From Piedraia hortae CBS 480.64 (taxonomy: Eukaryota): 64,000 bases of DNA. This document shows, one piece after another, positions 1-11,023 of this stretch. The position numbers and the translations under genes are program-made. Location of the stretch: assembly GCA_010093745.1 (NCBI GenBank), contig MU005995.1, positions 62,001 to 126,000 on the forward strand, in the 5' to 3' direction. Within the stretch, counting starts at the first letter, position 1. Each line of letters opens with the position of its first letter. The notes beneath the pieces are model-generated. The model was not told where the DNA came from. It did no database searches and saw only the letters and a list, made by a program, of their open reading frames with translations.

Positions 1-284
1 AACGATGAACACGATAAGGAGATGTGCGGGGGTACGATATGCATTGCAAGAGTGCTGTTTGCTATTGAATACCTCAACACGTAGATTCATGATCATGAAT
101 ACAGGGTGTGAACCCCTCTCCAACCTTCAGTGTGTAGTTAGAAAGGCATCGTCATCTGTTTACGCTTCATCAACCGTCCCAGTCTTATTTCACCATCACC
201 TTTGCCAACCTTCTCAATGCACGCCAATCCCCTTCGTCAACTGACTGAAAATCCCCAAGGTCGATGGAATGCATTGCTCCCTGA

Positions 285-618
285 GCCACCTTCGGTCTCT
301 TTGGGCACAGCCACCTTCTTGACCGCACCAACGGCAAACGACGGCAGCTATGGCGGAGTTGAGAAGCGACCAGAGGCATCGTTCATGCCCATGTTTGAGA
401 TTGTAATGGTGCCGCCCCGGTATTCCTTCGGCTTTAGTTTGCAATTCCTGGCACGCTTACTGAGATCCTTGATTGTTGCAAGAATCAGCCTTGAAGGTAG
501 TAGGCTGGGGAGGGTTGATGACAGCCTTGAATCGGTCAGTGGCATCATTCATACCCATGTTGGATGTTGTAATAGTGCTACCCTGGTAATCCTCCGGCTT
601 TAGCTTGCCGTCTCTGGT
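285..618 (-). pseudogene. LAT1: Two tandem decayed fragments of pyruvate dehydrogenase E2 (dihydrolipoamide acetyltransferase catalytic domain)
   Basis: Minus-strand translations give [37 protein letters not shown] (~500-618). A second copy gives [37 protein letters not shown] followed, after a frameshift, by AVGAVKKVAVPKETEGGS (~285-475). Both match the E2 [19 protein letters not shown]...INPPQ motif. There is no start codon and no full domain. Confidence 0.88.
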
Positions 619-624
619 ACCTGT

Positions 625-1670
625 GAGGACCACATGTACCGTATTGGTGTGACCCATTCCTCCACGCCACCCCTGGACGCAGATGACGGTATCTCCTTTT
701 GCCACCACGTCCGACTTGATGGCATTCATATCGTCCCATTGAGCTGCTGAGCCACGTCCTCCTTTTTGTGCATTTCTGAAAGTTGGTTTTTCGCCGGAGA
801 TTGGAAAGGGTAGACACCACGGTAGAGCTGTGAGTACCACGATACAGCCGCGAGTACCAATATGATCTGGCACACACGACGGTACTTCGGAATTAGTCGC
901 AGGACCTCGCCCCTACCGCTGTCCAGCAAAAGATGACGTTTCTGAAGAGATCGTCAAGCAATGGGTGGCATCTGCATTCCGCTCAGGGAGGCGTTCGCTG
1001 CAGCATGTCTCCATGGAGGGAAAGCGGTGAGCAACCACATTGCTCAGCTCGTTGAGTGTCGTGATGTACGGCACAGTCGTCTCTGCCGGCAAGCACATCT
1101 CGTGCATCATGGCCACGGCTTCACCTGCAGTATCCTCCCTTGACCGTCCCAACCGACAGTATCAAGACAGCCTGCTCTGCCAGGTACAGCATTGCTGGCA
1201 TCCCAACCTCAGCATGTCGAGCTGTAAATCATGCTCTCCAACATTTGGGTTGTACAGATGACCTGTTTCCCGGAGAGGTTGCAACGGCAGATCATCATTT
1301 CTTGGGCAATGAAGCCTTGGACTGGCGAGATATCTGCCGAGATTCAACTCCTTCCTCATTTGAGCGGTCGTCACCCCTCCCTTGCGATACTTCTGCTTCA
1401 GATCCACTAGGTTTGAGGAAAGGAGGTTCGACTTTCTTGATACCTTGTGCTTCTCAGTCCGCGAGAACCACCATCACGCCGTACACGAGGTAAGCTGTTC
1501 ACGCCCTGCTGGTTCTCGATCTTGGTGATTATCTGTAGGTCCTTGCCCTCATCGCCCAGAATCTTGCGGATGGCTAGCACGACAACTTTGCCGCGAACGA
1601 ATGAGGCGAAGATCATGTCGACACTGCTCTTCACACCGAACTTTATGTCGGCGTTGTCCTTCTCCGAGAC
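625..1670 (-). pseudogene. PYK1: Decayed pyruvate kinase fragment (C-terminal half) with frameshifts, stops and an insertion
   Basis: Consecutive minus-strand blocks: [25 protein letters not shown]...[59 protein letters not shown]...[32 protein letters not shown]. All are collinear with fungal pyruvate kinase but lie in different frames. Confidence 0.92.
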
Positions 1671-1673
1671 TTA

Positions 1674-2340
1674 TCAACTTTGATGCTCAGGTGAGCCCCA
1701 TATCAGGCCCCATTTCCACGCAGATGCAGCTTTACGCATGGCATCGCCGCGGTCATTCATGGGTGTGATGTGCTCGTAGACCTCATGTGTCAGTCGACGA
1801 CTGTATGGGTCGTAGCGGTAGGCCAGCATTGTGGGGTTGTGGATCATGGCGCTTTCCAGTTGAAAATGGTCACCCCTTAGGTACAAGGTGCAGCCCACTT
1901 GCTGGTCCTTGGACAAGCGAGGAGACGTGCAGCCGATGATCTCACCCTTAGAGAGCGGGGCTTTCTGCGGCACGACGACATTGTAGCCCGCTGCTCTCAG
2001 GCGGGGGGCAATTTTCTGCAGCGTTGAGTTGACTGGATCGTACCAACCATGGCGATGGTACGACCTGGCTCAAAATCACGCGCAAGGGTAGCCACAAGAT
2101 GCTCAGCATCAATCTGTATGTCCACGAAGACATACAGAGTCTTGATGGAAGTGATGCTGACGGGGATCAAGCAGCTGTGTGCATACCGCACCAGAAGATC
2201 ACAACCAAGAGCCCGCGCAGTATGATCATCGACGCAGCAGGCACCGTACGTAACATGGCTCATTATAATTGTCGAGGTGCAGGGACAAAACTCGGACAAG
2301 ATGCCCAAGATGGTGCTAGCAAACAATAGAGCTGAGCCCG
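1674..2340 (-). pseudogene. DPH1: Decayed fragment of diphthamide biosynthesis protein 1
   Basis: Translations [32 protein letters not shown]...[10 protein letters not shown] (1997..2374) and PLSKGEIIGCTSP...GDHFQLESAMIHNP...YRYDPYSRRLT...KWGLIWGS (1674..1973) carry DPH1 motifs. The piece is frameshifted and truncated at both ends. Confidence 0.9.
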
Positions 2341-2394
2341 CCTCTGTTGACTGATTTTGTGACGATACGACCACAAATGGAATCTTCTGACTCT

Positions 2395-2818
2395 GGTGTT
2401 GTCCATGCCCCGCGAAAGGAGCGTCATCCGACGGATCTCTTCGTACTTACGGGTCATGGAGGTAGTCAGGGCATTGGTGTAGCACTTGCTGTACTTGTAG
2501 TGCCATATTCGTCGTGATGACTTATGTATAGCCTTGCATCCGTAGTCCTTGCGGTGATAGAAAGTCACGCCGCTAATGGAGCGGCATTGCAGCACTGTGC
2601 TTCGGATTGGAACAATATATAGTTGAAAGGCTGTCCACGCTTTGAAGGTCGTGATCGTGAAAGTTGGCCCTGTTCGTCCTAACGAAGCTGAGACGCGGTC
2701 TCAAAACTGTCGCAAGTCTTGGTTTCTATACCGTTCGTCCACTTGTGGGTGCAGCAGACTCAAATGTTCCTCAGCAGGGGCTAGCTGATCAAGTACCTTG
2801 ATACGGGTATTGCCGTCC
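2395..2818 (-). pseudogene. Unidentified coding-like relic continuing the mosaic
   Basis: One minus frame is open for ~140 codons except for a single stop (DGNTRIKVLDQL...[32 protein letters not shown]). It is preceded by a pyrimidine-rich TTTTTTGTGTTACAG acceptor-like site. Parent gene not recognised. Confidence 0.3.
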
Positions 2819-3731
2819 CTGTAACACAAAAAAACATGTTCCCCGAACGCGCAACCTGTGTACTGCTTGCTGATATGCCGGGGCTAACATTGCCGTCAAG
2901 CAATGTGGGTGGAATGTATATACCATGCTTGACTTGAAGCTGTTTGGTATCATATGGGTGGACAAAGAAAAGACAGTGTTTGGATTGGGTCAGGGTGGGG
3001 TGTAGAGGTGAAAGAGGAATAGAAGCAGGAGAAAGAAATTATAAGTGAACATGTCAACGACATCATAGGTCTCAGCGTGACGGTTGCCCTCGGCGCTACA
3101 TGGCGACATCATAAGTCTCGGCTTCGATGTTGTCCCCGGCGATTAGTTGTTGACCAGCGTTGACAACCACATTAACCGTACACACACTAGTGCATCTACC
3201 AGAACCATAAACGACACGGAAGTGTGAAGATGTGGACTCGAACTGCTGCATACTCTTCTACAAATTTTTGAAACCATATAGTTGAGCAAGTGTCTGGTAC
3301 CGATTACGGCAGTTTCGAAGATTCTTGGACTCCGGGGAAAAAACCCAACACTTCTAATCTTACCATAGCATTGAGACAGTCGATATGTGCACCTTGCATT
3401 GCAGTTGCAGTAAGATTTAACATTGCATCCAATTGTCCTATGGAAAGCACGCCACTTCCCAGCCCTAAGAAGGATAATTTCTCCAGATTTGCCAGTTCGC
3501 CTCTTAGTCCATTTCCAGCTATGAGAGTCCCAACATCAAAACGTAATTTTCCTCAAAGGCAATCCCTTCCTAATATTTCACTTAGTCATTTAGTCCTCAG
3601 TAATTCCCCTACACCATGGAAGCTGCACCCGCATGCGAAAAGACAATCAAAACCACATTGTTTCCCATCGATAACCTCAATACCCTCTCAAGTTCGTCAA
3701 GATTACAAATACTCATTTCATAAAGCATATC

Positions 3732-4310
3732 ATGTCGATCCAAGCCAACCCCTCAACCCCACCCCCGGCAACAATGCTTTCAACGCCCTTCAAAAACCTC
3801 GAAAAGTATCTCACCACGCCCTTGCCAATCCAGTCCACTAAAAAGAAACGTAGAAGATCCCCATTACACACCTGCCGCATCTATCTCAACCACAACATCT
3901 CCCCGCTCTACCACGCAGTAATATCCAAGCAGCGGCGATTTGTCAAAGACGAAGCCGGAAACCAGGAGCCTGCGAAATTCCATCGCGCGGTAGAAAAGCT
4001 GAAAATCATTCTGGCTGGCTTGCATACACTTCGGAGGGTATATCTACATCAGGTCAAGGCCCGTCAGGGGATCACAGAAAGCGAGAAATTTAGGGCAGGA
4101 GACTGTGAGAAGAGGGATCTGCAACTCGTAGACTCAGTGTTGGGAGACTCTTGGAACGTGTCGTGGGTGGTTTATTTTCTTAAGAATGCGTGTGATTTGG
4201 TCCTGGTGGAGGGCAAGATTGCGTTTCCCATGGTGGAGTATTGGCTTGATGCGGCGATTGAAGAGGGGAAGAGGGTCAAACTTGCGATTAAACGTTTGAT
4301 GCAGTGTTAG
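3732..4310 (+). CDS. Hypothetical orphan protein (192 aa)
   Basis: Open ATG-initiated ORF with the same 5' C-rich to 3' G-rich composition seen in real genes here; contains a basic KKKRRR stretch. No recognised domain. Confidence 0.5.
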   Translation: MSIQANPSTPPPATMLSTPFKNLEKYLTTPLPIQSTKKKRRRSPLHTCRIYLNHNISPLYHAVISKQRRFVKDEAGNQEPAKFHRAVEKLKIILAGLHTLRRVYLHQVKARQGITESEKFRAGDCEKRDLQLVDSVLGDSWNVSWVVYFLKNACDLVLVEGKIAFPMVEYWLDAAIEEGKRVKLAIKRLMQC

Positions 4311-5516
4311 TGTAAAAAGGGTTTGAGATGATTTCGGAATGGGGTTTGGGCACAGATTGGGAATGGGAAGTTGGTGATTTCGGGGGTGTGGTTGGTGGAT
4401 TGTGGGTAGCTTCATAATGTTTGTGTCTTTGTTCTTGCTCAACATCATTGATAATCGCAACTGCTTTTCACCCATTCTCGATGCTTGTGTCGGCCGAAGA
4501 AAGACCTCGCGTAGCACTTCCCGGTCTCAAGATCCTATTGCGGCCCTACAACGCTCGGATGAGGTGAGAGATTCTTAATGTACCACGCCCGCCAAGGTCG
4601 GCAAGACTTCAACCCAGCTCGCCCTGGTGTGCATCACATACTTGGGCTTACCAGGTAAAAACCTCAGATACTTTCGCGTAATTTGGATCTGCAGAGTTTA
4701 ATCAGTTCTACTGATAGCGTTCGCTTCGAAAGGCATCTTTTCTAGTGGGATCAATTCTGAGAAAGACATGTCTGTCGCGCTTTACTTCGCAGTTTACGAA
4801 TAAATGAATGTCGAATCAGGATTTCTTCGCGGTGATTGCCAGTCTGTTCCAAAACAACGCAGGGCTAGGCTTCACAACATTTCTTATGAACTGCTGAGGG
4901 ACCAATGACATATTGATGGCTACGTAGCATTTTCCCATTAAATATAATAAGGTAATGGATGCCATTCAGTGAAGGAACTCATTGCAAATTGAGTTACTCA
5001 AGCTGCCGGCCACGTTTCAAGTTTGCATGTTATTATTTGTGGGTAACATTTCAGCTTGGGAATATGTCGCATGTATGATACCGGAGCTTTTTACTTGGAT
5101 ATGTCAAGTTTCTTGACAACGGGCGGGCCTACAACCGAATCCGCTTCTTAAGACCACATTTGGGACGGAATTATATGCGAGAGTTTATTGGATTGAGAAG
5201 TAGGATTGAAAAAAAATTACTTCACTTACCCAGCACGCCGCACCTCCAATATTCTGAGCTACTTAACCGCATCGAACCATTGTCCCTCCTCACCAAACCG
5301 GCCCCCCCCCCCTCTAAGCCGGGAAACATATTCCAAAATTCCCAAAAGCTCCACATATCGGTATTTATCACCAAAGACGCGGTCCAGATCCTCACCTTGA
5401 GCTCTAAATCTCAAATACCGAATCTCCGGGCCTGGCTTAACCGTTCGGCCCAACATCACAACCATCCAGTGAGGCAAAATAAACCACTCCACAGCCTAAA
5501 TAACCTACAAAACCTT

Positions 5517-6569
5517 TCAATCCACATCCACATCCCTAAACCCAGCATCCCCCCCACTACGATTAAGCATATACCCAAACCTCTCCCCGTTATCCTTAAC
5601 ATACCCCGGAAGGTCTTCATTTCCCTCCACAAACCTATAATACTCCCCCACCCTCCCAAAAAGATCCTTCCCACTCCTCACCCTCTCCAGAATAGTCCCT
5701 GAATCCCTATTCTGCGCCGTATTCCACCCAACGTGGCTAAAACTCTGCATTTTCGTCTTCATCTCCCTCAACGTAGCGAAACAAGATGAACAATGCCACG
5801 CAGAATTCCACAAATCGGCTTTATACCACCACGTGAAGAGGCCCGCTAATCCCGAAGCCTCACCGTTGCGAAGATCCTTGGGCAAGATGGTACCGTTTAA
5901 CCCATGAAATACAGTAGCTTGCGGATGAGCCCACTGCTCCCCAATATGGATGAATTGGAAAGAGTAGTAGTAAAAATGACTCCGCAAGGTCAAACGGTCG
6001 GGGAAGGCACAGTTTCGGAGGATTTGGAGGGTCTGGGGTTTAGGCACTTCGTCGATATCGCTGATGACTAGGACGTCGCCTTCCTGGGCTTCTTCATTAC
6101 TGCCGATTAATGAGGGGAAGACACTGTTGAAGAGAGAGTTGCGCATAAAGTCTTCGTGGTCCCAGGTTCGGGTGCCGACACTGGACCCTGGGTCCTCGAT
6201 TAGACGGTATATGATTTGTTTTTCGAAGTGAGAGAAATTTTGGCGGTTTTCTTGGAAGTAAGCGGGTTTTGGGAGGCCGGTGAAGGTGGTTTGGGACTCG
6301 ATGATGACAAAGTAGTCTACATACGGGGAGAGTTCGTGGAGACGGATTTCGAGCCAGTCTAGTTCTGTGGAAATGAGGAATAGATCGTAGACTTTGCGCT
6401 TTCTAGGGTATGTGCGGAATCCATGAGCTTTGCAAAATTGTGAATCTTCTGGATGGATATCTGGTTGGACGATGTGGGGATGTTGGGAGGAGATGTAGGT
6501 GATTAACAGAGTGACGAGGGACAGTAGGATAAGTACACGAACTAGGCGTAAGCGATGCCTTGGGACCAT
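5517..6569 (-). CDS. Glycosyltransferase family 17 (beta-1,4-N-acetylglucosaminyltransferase III-like), type II membrane protein
   Basis: N-terminal TM helix after MVPRHRL; motifs RKVYDLFLISTELDWLEIRLHEL, DYFVIIES, DVLVISDIDEVP (DxD) and AWHCSSCF. Start set at the ATG at 6569. Confidence 0.9.
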   Translation of the reverse strand: MVPRHRLRLVRVLILLSLVTLLITYISSQHPHIVQPDIHPEDSQFCKAHGFRTYPRKRKVYDLFLISTELDWLEIRLHELSPYVDYFVIIESQTTFTGLPKPAYFQENRQNFSHFEKQIIYRLIEDPGSSVGTRTWDHEDFMRNSLFNSVFPSLIGSNEEAQEGDVLVISDIDEVPKPQTLQILRNCAFPDRLTLRSHFYYYSFQFIHIGEQWAHPQATVFHGLNGTILPKDLRNGEASGLAGLFTWWYKADLWNSAWHCSSCFATLREMKTKMQSFSHVGWNTAQNRDSGTILERVRSGKDLFGRVGEYYRFVEGNEDLPGYVKDNGERFGYMLNRSGGDAGFRDVDVD

Positions 6570-6766
6570 TTCCAATGGACATTGTCCACCGAGTTGGGAG
6601 ACAAATATCCCTTTAGATGACGTTTCGTAAGGCCCCAGTCGCAACTTGGTGACAGCGGCACGGCCCGTGCCTTGAACAGGCGCCGCACACGGAATTACTT
6701 CCGCCTTAACCTCGCCACAAAAAAAATATAAGCGACTGCGCATTCTACACCACACCACACTCCAGG

Positions 6767-7546
6767 ATGCGGTAAACTGCCCTTAGTTGCGCATATAAAA
6801 CTGAAGCTGATCCATGCAGGATCGAAACGTGCCACTTTTGCTCGCACCCGGTGTACCCGTCCAAGGGTATGACCTTTGTGCGCAACGATGCCAAAGTCTT
6901 TCGATTCTGTCGGTCAAAATGCCACAAAAACGTTAGTCTCCAGCTGCCTTGAGATGGAAACACAATTAACATATAGCAACAGTTCAAAATGAAGCGCAAC
7001 CCGCGTAAACTGGCATGGACGAAGGCCTTCCGGCGCGCGCACAACAAGGAAATGACGGTAGACAGCACGCTCAAGTTTGCTCAGCGGCGCAATATTCCTC
7101 TCAAATATGATCGGAATCATACTGCTGAGACGCTAAAGGCCATGGAGCGTGTGGCTGAGATCAAGGCCAAGCGTAGCAGACAGTTCTACAAGAACCGCAT
7201 GAAGTCGAATCGTGCGGAGCAGTTGGCAGCCGATAGGAAATTGGTGGCGGAGTATCAGCACCTACTTCCTCCGAAATACAGGGATATCAAGGAGGTTGAT
7301 ATGATGGATGAACAGGAGGTGGCTGAACGGATGGACGCTGTGGAAGAGAGTATATTGGAAGAAGAGCGATTGAGGGAGGAGGCACGGCAAATGAGCAGGA
7401 ACAAGGCGCCGCAGAAAATGAAAGTCGGTGGCGAGATGGACGAAGAAGAGGAGAATTCGCAATTCGATGAGGATGAGGATGAGGGAGAGGAGAAGGAGGA
7501 AGAAGAAGAAGAAGGACGGGCTTCAGACAGCGACGAGTCTTTATAG
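6767..7546 (+). CDS. RLP24: Ribosome biogenesis protein Rlp24 (L24e-like)
   Basis: Exons 6767-6771, 6820-6931 and 6983-7546 give [56 protein letters not shown], followed by an acidic tail. Confidence 0.95.
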
Positions 7547-8383
7547 GTATGGCATCAATCATGATACCCACGTCAGCTTTTCATCACTATACCTGGGGTC
7601 GAATTCTCCAAATGTTGGTTAAAATTTGCTTTTTCAAGGCGTGCCTTCCAGATTTGGTAGTTTGTTATTGCGTTATTCTTCGCCCCTTGATTCTGAACAA
7701 CTGCTCAGTATGTCTTGGCCAAGATGAGCCTCGAGTTTGTCCAAGCCGTATTGGCACTGTCCGGCACTTTTAAGACTGGAAGGAGACTTGCACTCGATCG
7801 TCGACATCACATTTTGAAGTCAACAGAAGCGTCCCGCCCTCGTGATGAAGCAAAGCATCACAATTCCACGAGCCATGGCACGGGATTCACCCAAGAACCT
7901 CTGGCTAAACCCTTGGGACGTGTGACCAAATTCAGGAAAGAGGGGTAAAAACTCTCTAATGCAGATAGTTGCCTCCGACGATCGATGTGAAAGCCCATCT
8001 TTTCCTCGGCATATGCTTACGCACAGAATGTAATAGCAATGCACGCAATCATGGCGTCTCGTTCGTGCACAAAGTCTTTCATTATGCGCAGGAACACGGA
8101 CCGGGGACGGATAAGCGGAAGAGGAAGAGAGTGCATTAAAGTGGAGCAGGGCCCCTCAAGCCCACGTCAGCGGGGCTCTCACATGTCGAGTTCGCAGATT
8201 TGCGACGTCCAGTTCGTCAGACACGTGGAAGGAATCGCCCAGTTCCAACCTTCCAAAGTTTCAACGTAAATGGATTGCCACTCACGTCATGCGGGGTCAA
8301 GAGCGGAGGAAAAGATCCATCCGGATTCTGTTTGTAGCCGCAGTTTTTAAATAAACCGTTGATTCAGCCCCTTTCTGTTAAAC

Positions 8384-10949
8384 ATGTCTGCTTTTGATAT
8401 TGTGGATATTCGTTCTGACGCCGAGGGCCTTGAGCTGAAGCGTGACATTCGTTCAGGATTGAACAACCCAAGTGGCAAGAAGACTTTGCCCACTTTGCTG
8501 TTGTATGACGAGGTTGGCCTGCGGTTGTTTGAGAAGGTCACCTACCTCGATGATTATTACTTGACCAGAGAGGAGGTTGCAGTGCTGAAGAAGCATGCAG
8601 ATAGCATTGCCGAGCAGGTTCCAGAAGGGGCGATTGTCTTGGAACTTGGTAGTGGGTTCGTGTTCAGGCATGTTGTTTGGAATTGAGCTAATTTTTCGAT
8701 AGGAACCTGCGCAAGGTGCGGCTACTTCTCGATGCGTTTGAAAGAGCGCAAAAGAATGTCCAGTACTTTGCCCTTGATGTCATGAAAGCAGAACTCGAGC
8801 GAACCCTCGCCGAATGTCCGACTTATAAATACGTCAAGTGCACCGGCTTGAATGGAACCTATGACGACGGGTTAGTATGGCTCCAAAAGCCGGAAATCGC
8901 GAGTGTTCCAAAGGTTGTGCTTTCGATGGGATCTAGTATTGGAAATTTCCCGCTAAATGATGCTGCAGCCTTTCTGGCTCAGTTTGCTGGTGTGCTGAGC
9001 CTGCAAGACAGGTTTCTCATTGGGCTTGATGGCTGCCAAGAGCCGAAAAAAGTACACCAAGCATACAATGATTCCAAAGGGTATGTTGCTTTCCGACCCA
9101 GTAAGAGGTGGCGCTAATGAGTCAGAGTGACGCATGAATTCACCCTTAATGGCCTCAAACATGCAAACCAATTGCTAGGCTATGATGCATTCTGCTTGGA
9201 TAATTGGCAAGCTGTGGGCGAGTACGATGTTGTCGGCCACAGACACAGGGCCTTTGTTGCTCCTTTGAAAGATCAGGTCGTCGAGGGTGTCGAGATTGAA
9301 CAAGGCGAAAAGGTTCGCATCGAGGAAAGCTACAAAGCGAATGCTTCGCAAGCCAAAGATCTGTGGCGTAACAGCTGTGTCGAGCAGATGACTCGGTGGT
9401 CTAATGATGCCGATTATTACAGTCTTTACCTCTTGAGACCGGAATTGACGTTTTCTGACAAGCCAGAGAAGTATGCGAAGAATCCTTTGCCCAGCCTTCA
9501 CGACTGGCAACAGCTCTGGACCCTTTGGGACACTGTCACCCGACAGATGATTCCCGAAAAGGAACTTTACCGAAAGCCCATTGATCTCCGAAACTCATGC
9601 ATATTTTACGTCGGCCACATACCCACTTTTGTTGACCTGAAGCTGACGGAGACAATTGGCGGACAACCCACCCCACATGAGTTTGCGAAAATATTCGAAC
9701 GAGGTATTGATCCTGATGTGGACGATCCAACACACTGCCACAGCCACAGCGAAATTCCGGACGAGTGGCCGGCGCTCCAGAGCATTTTGGAGTTTCAATC
9801 CAATGTCCGCGAGCGAATCATTAGCCTGTACACCTCTGGACAAGCATATGAAAATAGACGAGCCGCCCGTGGACTTTGGCTAGGGTATGAGCATGAAGCA
9901 ATGCATATTGAGACGTTGCTTTACATGCTCATACAAAGTAGCTGGGTGCAGCCACCAGCAATTGCGCCGCAACCAGACTTCCAGAAATTATCTCAGGTCA
10001 AAGCAGTTGACAATGAGTGGTTTGATATACCTAAACAAACCATCACATCAGGAATAAGTGACCCAGACGACAGCTCATCTGGTAACTATTTTGGCTGGGA
10101 TTGCGAGAAGCCAGTCCGCACCGTCGTCGTCGGGGCTTTCAAATCCAAAGCACGCCCCATCACCGTTGGAGAATTCGCCGAGTTCATGAAAGCAACTGGA
10201 CGTCACCAATATCCAAAATCATGGACGGACGACGGCCGTGTGCGTACAGTTTACGGGCCAATAGACTTGCGATATGCTTCAGATTGGCCAGTAGCTGCTT
10301 CGTACGACGAGCTGAATGCTTGCGCAAAATACATGGGCGGACGCATCCCAAAGGCTAACGAGTTGCGTAGCGTCTTTCAATATGCAGAACGAAGTAAGAA
10401 GGAAACTCCCCATGATTCTGAACAGAAAATTCCTGCGGTTAACGGGTAAGTCTGAGCCGGTGTGTTGCAAAATGCTGACAATCCAGACATTTGATCAACA
10501 ACGGAGTACCAGAGTCTCCTCCAGAAGACCTATTTGTGGATCTATCCAAGGCAAATGTCGCATTCAAACATTGGCATCCCATTCCAGTTACCCAAAAGGG
10601 CAGCCGACTGACTGGCCAAAGTGAAGCAGGCGGTGTATGGGAATGGACCAGCACCGTCTTTGAGAAGCATGACGGCTTCGTTCCCATGAGCCTCTACCCT
10701 GGATTCAGCGGTATGTTGCTGATATTGCAGTTAATACGTTCTGACAATGACCAGCCGACTTCTTTGATGGCAAGCACAATGTTGTCCTCGGTGGTTCATG
10801 GGCCACAATCCCTCGGATTGCTGGACGAAAGAGCTTGTAAGTCATTCTCCATTGCAGAGAACGATACTCTAACTTCTGACAGTGTCAACTGGTATCAGAG
10901 GAACTACAAGTATGCGTGGGCTGGCGCGAGAGTAGTCAAGGATGTATAG
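8384..10949 (+). CDS. EGT1: Ergothioneine biosynthesis protein 1 (histidine trimethyltransferase fused to DinB/FGE-type sulfoxide synthase)
   Basis: EgtD motifs KTLPTLLLYDEVGLRLFEKVTYLDDYYLT, ELGSG(N)LRK and GSSIGNF; FERGIDPDVDDPTHCHSHSE; iron-binding EHEAMH; GGVWEWT; NWYQRNY. Five short introns at about 8656, 9081, 10446, 10710 and 10837. Confidence 0.95.
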
Positions 10950-11023
10950 AGCTTCAGTTCATAACCTAACCCTAGACTGGTAATTCAGACCGCCAATCAA
11001 AGGAAAACTGTTTATCAAACAAA

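Noticed and set aside
3290..3841. 183-aa plus-strand ORF
   Set aside because: Non-ATG start, overlaps the better ORF at 3732, and has no recognisable motif.
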